Source: Balanoglossus misakiensis
Lineage: Eukaryota > Animalia > Hemichordata
Direction: 5' to 3'
NCBI GenBank assembly: GCA_040954595.2
Contig: CM082576.2
Span: 11,535,129-11,599,128, forward strand
Length of the DNA: 64,000 bases
Shown here: positions 14,499 through 27,170 of the stretch, in pieces
Layout of the letters: every line of letters starts with the position of its first letter
Numbering within the stretch: position 1 is the first letter of the stretch
Translations under genes and position numbers: made by a program
Notes under the pieces: generated by a model
The model's input: the letters and a program-made list of their open reading frames with translations, nothing else
Database searches by the model: none
What the model was told of the DNA's origin: nothing

Positions 14499-14664
14499 CA
14501 GCGTGTGTGTACGTGTTTGCCCAACAGAATGACAATTCATCAGGACGCTGAGTGGCGTAGCGCGGGATGACTTCTACAACTCGACAAGTAGAGCACATCC
14601 GAAAGCCGCCGACTAAAATTCCCTCGGTGGCAATCATTGTAACCAATACTTCCACAAGTTCTCG

Positions 14665-15903
14665 ATGGACGGGGAGAGCTGTTCCTGCGAGGTTGCAGTG
14701 TCCGGCCGCGCACTCGCGTCGTCGAGGGAACCGAGCAGATGTGTTGCGTTTGAAGCCCTAACAGATGATGTCGATTTGAGTAGCGTACACCGGCCGCGCC
14801 AAAGCCCTAATAAAGCGCCAATACCCCCCAGACGTCGTCGCTCCAGGCGGGTCATTTGTTACCGGGATATGGCAGAGTCAGATAGGTTAGATTAAGACTA
14901 GCATTTAAGAGCTTGTAATGACGAGTCTAAGTCAGCAAAGCTTTGATCTGGAGATTTCGTACCTTCAGTGTCAATAAGTAAAATTTTTTTTACTGACATG
15001 AGGTTATAGTGGACGCACTAACCCAAACCTGTACTTTATATCAAGCATTGGCCTGTTTTTTCGCTGTATCTGACTGCACTTACGGGTGTAGGCAGCAGTT
15101 GCCAGAAGATGTTATTTTCAGCAACAGTATACTCACACGACCTCTCTCTAAACAGTGTCAAAAAACTTAACCAAAATAGGCCATTAAGGACTTCATAAAA
15201 AGTCAAGTACTTCGAATCATGGAAAGAGAGCTGCTTGACCCCCATTACGGTTGATAGGGTACACACACCTGAATGATGGAATGTGTGGGTTTAGTTTGTT
15301 TCTTCCTGAGGTCGCAGGGTCAAGGAACAGTATTCCCAGGATTCAAAGTCTTGTTACGAAACCCTCAAAGGATTAGCAGCGAAGTTCTCTGACTCAGTTT
15401 TAGAGTGGTGTTTTCCAGCCGATAAATACTTTCATCTATTATAATTAAAGAGGTATGCACTATGAAAACACCAAATTTGTCTCTGTTCACACAATTTGAT
15501 AACCCACTCCTGATATTGTCGCTTTCATGAAATTTTGTGCAGATTTCAGTTGCAGGAAGTACAATTCAGATATCAAATAAAATGGTATGTCACCAGTTGG
15601 CAAAAAATTGCTGACTCAGCAGGTTTTTTTTTTATGTCGGCTGAATTCACCACCTTATGTTTCATAAAATATAAAAATGGCAACCCCTATATTTTATTAC
15701 AGAATTAATAAAACTTATAAAAAACGAATCCAAATATCCACAGTTAATAGTAATGAGAATACTTATGGTAATTATTTAGTTTGTCAACATTTTCTTGTAT
15801 CATATACATAAATGTACACCAGTGTAATGGAGGAATTTATTTTTTTTCCCTTTCCAGATTCGGATTTCTTCCCACTGAAAAGGATGGCAGCAAAAACGAG
15901 TGA
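14665..15903 (+). CDS. Putative spliced upstream ORF (88 aa) ahead of C14orf119
   Basis: CpG-rich ORF from 14665 with a donor AG|GTTAGA after 14885. Splicing to the acceptor at 15858 continues in frame as ...DRFGFLPTEKDGSKNE* (TGA 15901-15903). There is no expression evidence. Confidence 0.3.
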
Positions 15904-15970
15904 CTGTGTGGTTATGTAAGACCGGACAATTGGCAGAGTAAAGAAGAAACTTGAAAAAAAAAATCACAAG

Positions 15971-16339
15971 ATGGCCGACATGGAAATGTGGAGGAGCGAT
16001 AACTTGACGGTGCGGGAGAAGGAAATCACGGCGGTCGTTCACTGGTTCCGCGGCTGGAGCATCATGCAGAGGGAGGAGTTCCTACGGGACCTTCTGGACA
16101 AGGCTCTCCCGCCCAGCGTGGACGGGCTGGGCCAGGCGCTGGACTCCCTGGCGCTAGGCAACAGCCGCGCCCCCAGCATCTTCAAGTGTCAGCTGAAGCT
16201 CTTCACCGGATGGTTCGTCGAGTGGACGCGGACGGACAGGGACAATTTCATGAGGAAACTCACGGAGATCGATGCGGCATATGTCAGACGGTTTTATGAA
16301 CTGTTGGAAGCGCGGAGCACTCAGACGGCAACGAGATAG
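15971..16339 (+). CDS. C14orf119: C14orf119 homolog (DUF4508), 122 aa, CDS within one exon
   Basis: GC-rich ORF with the motifs EITAVVHWFRGWS..QREEFLRDL and PSIFKCQLKLF.GWF.EW...DRDNF...L.EID..YVRRFY, matching recalled human C14orf119. A polypyrimidine-CAG acceptor ends at 15857. Candidate poly(A) signal AATAAA at ~17512. Confidence 0.92.
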   Translation: MADMEMWRSDNLTVREKEITAVVHWFRGWSIMQREEFLRDLLDKALPPSVDGLGQALDSLALGNSRAPSIFKCQLKLFTGWFVEWTRTDRDNFMRKLTEIDAAYVRRFYELLEARSTQTATR

Positions 16340-19181
16340 TCTTTAAGCCCCCGGGAAGATAGAGCTTGAAGTACTGGCGCAATTCCATTAAGACATCGCT
16401 TTTTTACGGCGCCCATATATTGCCTTGATGAATTTTCCTTTATGAAAGAGACTTTAAATAATGCGTTAACTATCTCCGACAGCATCATTAATTTTCTTGT
16501 ATTTATTGGGAGATTGAGCACGGTGGCCGGCGGGCAGAGTGCTCACTTGATAAACTTCTCCTAAACTGGGCAACTCAAGGTGGGCCAGTAAATCTAATCT
16601 GGGTGTATTTTATTGCACAGATAATCCATGGCACTGATTGACTTGACTTGTGCCAGCAATAGCAATCATTGCAGTTCTTCCCCCCAGTTATTTTCTGCTT
16701 GGTTGGCTTTCAATTGGTCCATCTTCGTTTCTCGGCCTTCGTAGAAAATTCTTTACCCCTCTCTTTGCTATGCCAGGATTTTGCTCGAGATCAAAATACT
16801 TGACTGCCCGTGCCGAGAATATTCTCAACTGATGACATTTTTTTCAACGTTTCTTTAAAAAAAAAAAAGATGACAGTGAGAGAGCATTTGTGTGTATATG
16901 TGTAAGTTTCTTGGATGTACTCTATTAGTGGCTTCATACTTCGCGTTAGCTACAGCTGAGAGATGCGGGATGACGCGGCATGTAGCTTGATATTGTTGAG
17001 AGTGACACCTGAACTCCTTTTACCGTTGCGCCGAAGATGTCAGCCCGGTGAAGTTGAGGCCTGTCAGAGACCGTGCATTGTGCTAATTTGACACATTCCA
17101 CTCATCTTATTACATTACGGCAATCATAATCGGTTTTGACTCTCTAAATGCGATAGTGGTGATCTTTTTTTTAACGTTCACATTCTGTTCTAAGCAATCC
17201 TGCACCGTATTGCACCGTCGTTAGGGTGTGTCATAGGTGGATCACGGAGACCCCGAGTCTGGCTGGAAACTAGGTCACGTACACATGTTGATTAGTTGCG
17301 GAATTGAAATATTAGTATTGTTTTTATCAGACGCCACTTTTCCATTTAAATGGTAATAAATGTGAAATTGAGAGGCAAAAATGAAGTTAGCTGAGTGTAC
17401 ATGTACTTTGCTGTAAATTTGGAGAGAAAAAAAATGTCATCGCATTCTGTGAATAGATCATTTGACATAATGCCGCTGGCAGAAAACTAATATTCCAGCA
17501 GATGTGTACACAATAAAACGTGATTTGTCATTCAGTTTCATCTTCCGAGTTTGTTCACATGTTATCTCCAGTAAATATTTGTCAAGTTCAGCACACCAAT
17601 ACTTCGGTGTTGCCCTTGGGATTTTTTTTTTTCAATACAGCCTGCCAATTCTGCCATCAAATTACAAATGATTGAATCAGCTGGAGGGCACCCAGTCCCA
17701 GTTCATCTAATAGTTTTGTTTACAGCCTGGCACTTCAGTGGCCCTGCAGTCGCGCGATCTGATTGAAATCAACTGTAGAGATTTAGTATCACCATGGATT
17801 GTACTACATGTATGAACCGCCTTCTGTTTGTTTGTTTTTTGCTGTTCCCTCTGACGTCCAATGTTAGCATAGAAAAGGAGAGGATTTGGACCAAAACCGT
17901 GGCCAGGGCAAACTGCATGTAAAATAAGCAGATCTCTAACATATTTTTTTATTTCCAAAAATAAATTCTTACATGTGCATTTAGTGCTGCATATCACAGG
18001 TCAGGGGATGAGATTTGGAACTTCCGTTCAAAATATTTTGACTGAGCGTCCCACTTCTTCGACTAAATTGTGAAGTAAAGTGTGTTCGCAACGACTTCAG
18101 TGGATTACTTGTAATGAAAATTACTAGCTTTGTAATGATTAGTAGACGCTTCCCCCCGTCGATGTAAATCACTATAATGGGTAGTCATAATGATTCTGTC
18201 TCTGTAAATAACCATCTCTAATGATTTTATATTACATTCAGGACACATATGTTCACTCAAATGATACCGGATTCATTAAGTATTATACAATAATGACTTG
18301 AAGGGGAAAAAGACTCAGTAATTTTAGACTAGCTCTACCGTTTTAAGATGGTTGACATCTTTGATATCTTTGCAAATCCTGCTTGTTGTAAGGAAATTCT
18401 AAACACAGTTGAATGAACGCGGCAGCTAGTCTGCGTCTCCCAACAAAATCTGTGAAAGATATTAATTTAGGAGTCATGTTTGAATGCTAACACCTGCATT
18501 TTTTAATTGTGTGCGCACACAATGCAAGCTTTAGAAAGCATGCACACTTCAACTTGAACTGTCATCTCGCAACGACGATTGCTTTTCTTTGAAGTAACGA
18601 ACCTTGTTCCAAACTGCACTACACCAAAAGTGGAACGTGATTTAACGCAAGTGTACGTTGACGTATCACATCAGTGTCGCAGCAGATTGTTTCTCAAACC
18701 AGAACATAGAAGTGAAATAAAAATCACAGTGGGAACTCGTGTAATCTAAATTCTGATTGTCAACTCCAGAAAACAGCAGGATACAGTACGACTCTGCTTA
18801 TAGCGTTGCGTTTCCACAAAACCCTCTTCATGCAGAGCAGTTGTACACAATTTCCTATATGGTCTGTTGTTGCATCTGAATTTTTTTTTGTATTCAACAT
18901 TAGAGGATGTTCAGTTCTGTGTAACATTGTCAATGCATCCCATCACTTTTTCTCCCATCATAATCTAATGACTGTGTCCATAGCGTATCCATGGTGATAC
19001 CCAATCTGCTAGAACACTGAGCTGTATACATGTAGTAGGTTAATCTTGGTACAGTAATTTTATGCTGCCTCAGCAATATGATATCAGTTGGTTTCCTTTT
19101 TCCCAGTTTCTCCACGCCGTAGATCCACCTAATTTTATTCTATGAATCAACCAGGTAGAAAGAAAATATTTTGTGAGTTGG

Positions 19182-19199
19182 GTTGTTGTTGTTGTTGTT

Positions 19200-19231
<32 letters not shown>

Positions 19232-19242
19232 GGGGGGGGGGG
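19182..19242. repeat. Compound simple repeat (GTT)6-T30-G12
   Basis: Read directly from the sequence. Confidence 0.95.
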
Positions 19243-22200
19243 TTTAAAAACCACTTTTAAAGCTCCAAATGCATATATTAAAAAAAAAATATGAGCATTC
19301 ATACAAGCAAATCAATGTGTAAGATTAACAGAATGTACATGTAGTAGAGAGTAACGATAAAATAAATTCTATCTGTATTAAAATCAGGGTGAAATGAAAA
19401 CGAGAAAAAACTGCAATTTGATATGATTGCAAATCTGTCCTGAAGATAGCGTGAGATGAAAATTTCTCGCAGACAAGTTAATTAGGCTGCAGTTGGAGAA
19501 ACGATGGGGACCTGATTAGTGGATTATCTGTGGGGTGAGCAAAGCCTTCAGCATTTTCGATCGTTGGCAAATTTGATGAGGCTTATGTTATCTGGCGGCT
19601 TTCACTTCTGATTTGTCAAGCTGCTCGGATTGCAGGTTTTGCAGGCTTCCCGTTGGACGTCGCGAGTCTTATACCCCCACGATCCAGGCAATTTGGTACC
19701 CAGGGTCCTAGTTACCGGCCTGTTGAAACCGGTGGAGGTCCACCTCTCGTCCGGTTTGGCTTGGGGGGTTACACCGACTTTAAACAGTGCTGCAAATTAT
19801 ACATACAGTCACCCTGCTGAGCTGTGTTAGCAATTCCAAACGTTGACGCAATGAGCATCATAAAGACAAATTGACCTGTAGTTGAAAGAAAAAAAAAGTC
19901 CTGTTCATCAATATTGAATGCAAGTGAAATTGCATATGTCAACTCAGCTGACTGACGCATAATAGGGTACCCAGGTTCACCTCAAAGACTGTAGATTTTT
20001 TTTAGTTAATTTCCAATCAAATCATGTACTTTGGCCCAGGCTTGCACCGGAAAGCTCATTAAATCCTTTGAGCTTTTGCCCTTCCTGATGGCCAACCAGT
20101 AACGGTAACCACCTTGTCTTGGAAATGCACCTTCAGGCAAGAGGAAGTGTAACAATGGAAGCCCTGAAACTGTCGCGGTGGTTGGCACTACCCCACCCAA
20201 CCCACCTCGCTTGGAGATGGTGATCCATCTTGGTGAAAGTTAGTGAAAGGATATGGACAGTCAGTATCAGTTTACTGATTTTAGTATGGTGACCATCAGA
20301 GGTCTCCTCCTGAAACTCTATCAAAGGCAACTTTTTAAAAAGAAAACCCCTACTTAATTGGTTTATTTCAAGGACACAGTACAATTGCAACTTCTGAAGG
20401 ACTGAATGCTGTATCAGCTTTTCTTCACATCACTGTAAATCTGCAGTTTTGGAAATAATCTGTAAATGGAAAGGCTATTTATACCAGTCATCAAAAAATT
20501 ATGAATTCATTGTGGCGAACAGCTAGAACTTGGATTTTTTTTATTTGATGTGCAGAGCAAGTGGTAGCATAGATCACAGGATTGAAGGGACACAAAGCCA
20601 GCTTTCTTGTTGCAGCAATAACTGCTGCAGTGGCCGATTTATATATAGTACTCGAGTCCAATCTGTGATCACAATACTCCATCATGGATTTCAGTGGATT
20701 CACAGCAGATAGAGACGAGAGCCGAGCCCAGACTGGTTGCAAGGGCCTTTCCTCGCTCTTCGCCTGATGTAGACTGAAATTGAATACTTCATTTTCATGC
20801 GATTTATGCCCGTGGAAGAAAATAAGCGCACACTGCGTATAGCTGTGGCTTGCTCTTTACTTTTCTGGTGATGATGGTTGGAGAAATTTCAGAATCATTT
20901 CATAACGCAGCTCACGCTTGATTGCACCCAGTGTACGCCTTCGGGTCCATTATCAGATTTGCTGGAAATTTCATTTATCGAGTATATCAAAACTGGAGAT
21001 GACAGTGTGTTTTGAATTCGTGACAGTGTTGGCATCAAAACGAGACTGTGAAAAGAAGAGAGATTTTTTTTTGCTTCTGATTTTTAGCGCTGATATTTAC
21101 ATGTAAATAACTTAATTCCTTTCAGAGAGGCAGCATTTTCTGCTCAATGTAGGGGGAGAAGATATCTGTGGAGGCATCAGTCCTAAACACGTGGGCTCTT
21201 TGCCGAGATCGCAGTCTTCCAAAGCCTCCATTGTTGGAAAAACCAGTTTTATTTGCAGCAAAAGAGACATCTGGGGGAGAAAAAAGCATTCGTGATGGCA
21301 CAAGGTTCGGTCATCAAATGCAGTTCCAATGTTGAAATCCCGCGTCAACTAATGGCACGTCTGCGTTCAATGGTTGGCCGTCGCAACTCGCATTGATTCG
21401 GTTTTGAGTGATATAAATCATCTCGTTGGCAATTGTGTCCCCGTCCGACAAAGGCACACAAGTCGACTCTACTTTTTTTCTCACCTAACTGCAGTTCCTC
21501 TAATTTCAATTGCCGCCATGCATGTTTCACTCGTGGCATAACAAAAAACATCATAACTGTAGCCTTTCTCAAATAATCATCCAAGCAAATCCAGATATGT
21601 GCAGAAAATTTTTTTTCTGCAGGTCATATAATGTTTCTCAAGAATTTGTTTAACTGCGCGCGCGTTATAAGGCCAATTTTCATTTTTTTTCTTCTTCTCA
21701 GGCTGGGAGACATTCTACCCGAAACAGCTGAATGGATCTCCGTGACAACTGACAAAGTCCGACTGTGCCAGATAAATTATCAGAAACCCCCCGCTGCTTT
21801 TTATGCGCCACAAAATGAAGGTGATGCGGTGGGGATCATGCACTTGCCCGCGAGCTACATTACCTGAAATGGCGTTTTTTTTTGTCCTGGCGCCTACTTT
21901 TGACATTAAATGATCGTGTTACCGACTTTGTTAGACCTAGTGCAAATTACAGCGCTGACTTTCAGGGAGAGATAAAAAAAGTGGCTAGGTGAAAACTGAG
22001 GGGTCTCGGAGAGGCCCGTGAAATGGTTGCAGATTACACAAATCTGTCTCGCATTATCAGAGAAAATGATGAAATTACGCGTGCATTAGTTTCCCAGTTT
22101 GCGGAATGGAAAACAGTGCCGTGCATTCATATCGGGTCAGTTACATGTCTATCGTACATGTCAGCTTTTGAGCAGAAGGTGAAATGAAAATATTCAGTGG

Positions 22201-24115
22201 TGTGTCTGTGCTTCTGGTCTTGTATAACAATCTTGGATGGCTATTTTCCCTTAAGACCCAGAGACAATAATCTTCTTTGTTCCTATGACCTTTGCGCACC
22301 ATGCAAGTTCTTCGAGTTGTAATGATTTTTTCCCCCTTTCTTGCAACATTGAGGTTTTACATTCATGTTCATGCATGCTATGCAGTCTAATGTCACAACA
22401 AGTGACCTTCAAAACTCATCTTGTTATACTCCACAAATATGTTCAACCACCATTTATTAGTGCATAATTACTTTACGAGATGCATGATGCAAGCTAGTCC
22501 ATGGAAATGATGGTACAGTGTCAAAGTCTGCAAACAATCAATTATTTAAACTCGTATGTGAACCAGAAGCTGGTTATCACTTGATCCCTGCCACTTCCTT
22601 GATCATTAATCGTGCACAGGAGGATTAACCAAATCCACTGATCTGTGTATTTATTATGCATTTATCCATTCAACATTCATGAAAGGTTTAAGAGGACATT
22701 TGCCTCCTACAAGAGACCTTAAACCTTCTAACCTTGACTGGGTATCATCTTTCTCAGTGTTTGGTACAGAATTGGGGTGATTTGGCACAAAAGTCAAAGA
22801 TCACACAGGCAAAAAACAAAAATAGTGGGGTTATTTTCTCATATGTGTGTCCTATACATGTACCATGTAAACAGTGAAACAAGTGTGCACATTTTAAATT
22901 GCAACTCTTTACTGAAGCTATGTGAATGAATTATTTTCTGGTAGCAATATATCTACGCGATCCCCCTAAATATTCTGATTACGAACTCATAAGAGTGTTG
23001 CATGAAAACTTATTGCAAATAAGTGTGTGCACAATAATTGAAATGCAGCTCATTTATCATGCACATTTTCATTATCCACATCCAATAAGACATGATGAAA
23101 CATGATAGAACTCTATGACCTTTGTATGTTACTCAAAGTTATTTTCGTGATTTATGCAGTGCAACTCTGCAGCAGTATACCTTCAGGAGAATACTCTGCA
23201 ACACACTGCCTGCAACAGGTAAAGCCACCTTACATTTAATAAAACACAAACCAATCTAAACGTATTATTGCTTTTTGAACTGAAAACAGCATTAATCTAG
23301 ATGTCAAACAAAGACAATAATGTTTATTTTATTAAATATCTCTTCCTGGAGTACAGTCTACAATAATTACCACATGGTGATGTCATGAAAAAGCCAAAGG
23401 AGGGAAAATAGCCCACTGGGCTCCAGAAAACAAACTACCACTGAGATTACATTGAATAAAAATCGTTCGTAAAACTAGTTTCATTGAAATACAACACCCT
23501 GCCATGACTTTAATCATCTTTCCAATCAACAGTGGATTACATCAAACCCTAAGTGAAATCAATGTCAGTGTATTTGTCATCAGCTTATTACCAAACACGC
23601 ACACACACACACACATTTGCCTATACCGCAATTCATCATCATGCTTCTTCCCTGATTTAAAAAAATTTGAATGTGTGAAGGGTGGATGGTTATTTCAGGT
23701 CCACAGAGCAACAAATCACATGGAGTGAATTTCCAGAGTTCGTTTTATTTGAAGATAATTAGATAATTTACACATCTATGGTTCTAGCCGACGCTACTCT
23801 TTTCGTGTCAAATTGAAAAAAAAAGGGCCCAAGGCTTCTTTCTAATTTGACATGTGGCTTTTATAAAAACCTGGTCCTGAAGTGAACTTCTTGAGACCAA
23901 CGGCTTTATGCGTAGATTCTCCTAGATGTAAACCATTCAACGGCTAATCAACCACTTGAATCGGTGAATGTAACTGTTTTATGTCGGTTCGAACAACTAT
24001 CAATCTACACATACAAACACTAAAGAAAACTGTCTGCCGCATTATGCCTTCTCCCGTGTTAACATCGTGCCATTCAGCGGTAATGCATACTGATGGGTGC
24101 CTTTTAAGTTGGGGA

Positions 24116-24287
24116 TGTGGTTTCCATGGAAACCACACCAGACCCAGACTCGGTAAAACAAAAAAACATGCGTCGTGAGTGGATTCCACCGCGGTCGTAT
24201 ACAGATGGCACCGAGGGGGGAAAAGGATGGGAAAATCCTCTTCTGGCACGATCTGCTGTCACCGTCGCCTACGGTTACCATGGCAAC
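24116..24287. promoter_or_regulatory. Pair of RFX X-box motifs
   Basis: Perfect 22-bp palindrome TGTGGTTTCCATGGAAACCACA (24116-24137) and canonical GTTACCATGGCAAC (24274-24287). Confidence 0.55.
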
Positions 24288-24801
24288 TGTGATTTGGCGA
24301 GAGCCGGGCAAAAAATTAACATCATCATGGAGTCTGCCTCTGTCTTCGTGTCGTCAACTTTTAGCTCCATTCCCGATCGCCGCGCCGTCCCCAGCAGCAG
24401 ATCTGTGTTTTCAAAAAATCCTGGAACTGCGTGATGCAGCCGCTGCTGATCTTCAAGAGAGTGCCACCGTTTATACAAGTAATGCCTGAATCCGTGTCAC
24501 CCTGGCCAGCTGCATGGCGTACCCTTGCAGGGTAATTTTCACTTTGAAGTCAGCATGGGTGCCATTTAAGTCCATCGCAGACACAGATTTCACCCCGTGA
24601 AGCAGAGATAACTTTGCCACTTGATTGGTGCTGCTATTCGTGCCAAATCAATGAGGGAACGAGGGCAGAGTTCATTGCCATTCTCAGACGATGAAAAAAA
24701 AGGGTCATCGCTGAAAAAATCCACACACAAAAATCTTAAAACTTGAGGGTCATTATATAATATAATAATTCTGCAGTGTGTAAATGACTTTTGAATTTTT
24801 C

Positions 24802-24897
24802 TCATTTCTTCTTCGGGATCCACACAGGGTCTGGGGAGTCCGCCGCCTCTTTCAGTTTATTCAGAATCAACTGCTGCCTAGCCCGGGACTCGTCCAT
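24802..24897 (-). CDS. Putative 31-aa micropeptide MDESRARQQLILNKLKEAADSPDPVWIPKKK
   Basis: Strong acceptor (long pyrimidine tract + CAG, exon starting 24924). The first ATG lies in a strong Kozak context (GCCAGAATGG) and the codons are GC-rich. Minus-strand AATAAA signals at ~23323-23334; candidate upstream donors at ~26208 and ~26552. Confidence 0.4.
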   Translation of the reverse strand: MDESRARQQLILNKLKEAADSPDPVWIPKKK

Positions 24898-27153
24898 TCT
24901 GGCCGTGTTGTGTTCTGGTAATTTCTGTGGACAGACAGAAAACGGAAGAAGAAAAAATTATATTTTATGCTTACTCGTCAGGGCAAGGGAGTTATGACTG
25001 CATCAAGTGTGAGCAGCACTGCATGCTGCGAATGATGGCAGGTATTGATTGTCATTGAAAAATCAGGGCCCTGGTTTTATACTAACTTCATGGGGAAAGT
25101 CCAGTTTTTTTCAGAAGGCACCACCATAGGCTATTTTTACACGCACAACACCTTAATATAATGAGAAACGTGTAACCACTGATATTTAAAGGGAATCTGA
25201 GACAAAAGCGCCAGTCGACATTATTCCGTTACTTTTTTTAACAAAAAAACACTTCAAGGACACTGTCTTCAGCAAAATACGGAGAAAAAAATAATAAACC
25301 GGATTTTGAGTTCGGTGCAGCTGGAATCATTGTGGTACAATCGGTATTGATCAGAAAACACCTCAAACAATGTACCATGCAGTGTAAGTAAGGTTGTACA
25401 TCACTGCATGATGTGTATAGAAAACTGGCAAATCTGTTTTCCATACATTCAATAAGAGGACATTTATACGCAGAAGGATACATTGTACTACAAGCCGTGT
25501 GCTGTGAAGCAGAAACTGACAGCATTGATAACCTGATTTATAATTCATGCTTGCAGATCGACCGCTCGTTATGAAAAATGAAAATATTTATCGACACGAG
25601 ATAATGGTGCTAAACTTTTGAAATACTGCGACAAACAAAATCCTCCACCTACATGATGCAATGGCGAGATAAAAGGGCATAGATGCATTTATGGAGTAAT
25701 TGAACCACTATGGCTGAATTATTGATTTTTTTAGGGGACAAAATTGCACCCTTCAAAGTCGACAAAACTGTACAGGACTTGTCTGTCAACATTAAATTAA
25801 TTAACAGATCTGTGCAACATTGTTCAGAAGTGTCAGCGACAAGCAAGGGGGGGGGGGAGACTATGGGTTTACGCTTTACGACGAATTTGCCGTTTTATTT
25901 GCACAATTTACAGATCCACCAGGATTTGTTCGCGAAACCCGCGCAATTGTGAAGTCGAAGGCTTTGGGGAGGAAAAGGTTGCGTTCGCTCATTCACCGCC
26001 GTGAACTTCACTTAGGATGATGACCCCCCCACTTCCTTCTGGAACAAAAGAGAAAGTGCTGATGAAGGTATTGCAGTACAGTGCGCTTCCCTTCTTTTCA
26101 AGCGGTTATTACGCCGTCTTTATCCCTTTCCCCGGACGGCAGCCTGTTCTTTACTGTGTACTCTCGCAAACATGACCGTATCAAAGCAACCAAGCCGACG
26201 TTTCTTACATTTCGCTAATGAGACGCCACTCATGGCGTTATTGGGCCTTTCAGAAGCGTTTCCCGCTGGAACCTACTTGTCACTTCTAATGGAAATGGCC
26301 TGTATAGAAAATTTCCTCTTTTGATTTGTCAACATTTGGTAACCCAGTTTTTTTTTTACACAGTCGCGCAGACAGACAGACAGCTAGTCTACTGGTTTGA
26401 TTTTCAACGGATCATTCTGATTTGTTGGGCGGATTCGGCTCGGCTCGCGATCTGTTAGCACAGCACCAAAACAAACACACAGGCATGTTTTCCTTCTCGC
26501 TTTATCCACAGCCATTCATATCCACATCATGTCACCTTCTTTTTTTACTTACGTCATACCGCTTAAAATATTAAGCCAGCAATGCGCTTCCAGATACTGT
26601 ATTTACCTGTGTAAACATTCTTTTTTTATTGCTTATTTATTTGTATTATGTTTCCAGGGAGCCCCAAGTGACTGATGGATATGGGATACACGCTCCGCGA
26701 CAAAAAGTAATAATTCACTGCTGCAGGATTATAATACAGTAATGCAGTATTAAAAACAGCCCCGAAGAAAGACTGCGATTTACTGTGAGATGATTATTAA
26801 CAATTCATGTCCTGAGACTGGTCCTCTCTGGGCTTTTTGTTAGATTTCTCGCCGATCTTAATAGTGTCATATACAAAGTCAACTCAAAAATGCAACATTT
26901 ACGAATTAAAGGTATTTCATGCGTGTTAGAATGCCTGACTGTCAACGGTGACTGTGAGATACCTTTCAAGAGGAAGCCTAATTGTGTCATTTGATGTGCA
27001 TGAAACAATTTGCCCCGTGGAAAAGTGTCGCAATTTGGTGAATATTTAACAGCGCCAAATGTAGTCTTGGAACTTAAATTACCTCAACAAAATGATCAAC
27101 AAAATTTGTGGCCAGGCTCTGCCCAGTAGCCCTCTCATTTACAGTCTCGTCCT

Positions 27154-27170
27154 AACACTAGGTGGCGCTA
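27154..27170 (+). promoter_or_regulatory. CTCF-like motif
   Basis: AACACTAGGTGGCGCTA matches the CTCF core (CCASYAGRKGGCRS) apart from the first base. Confidence 0.5.
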
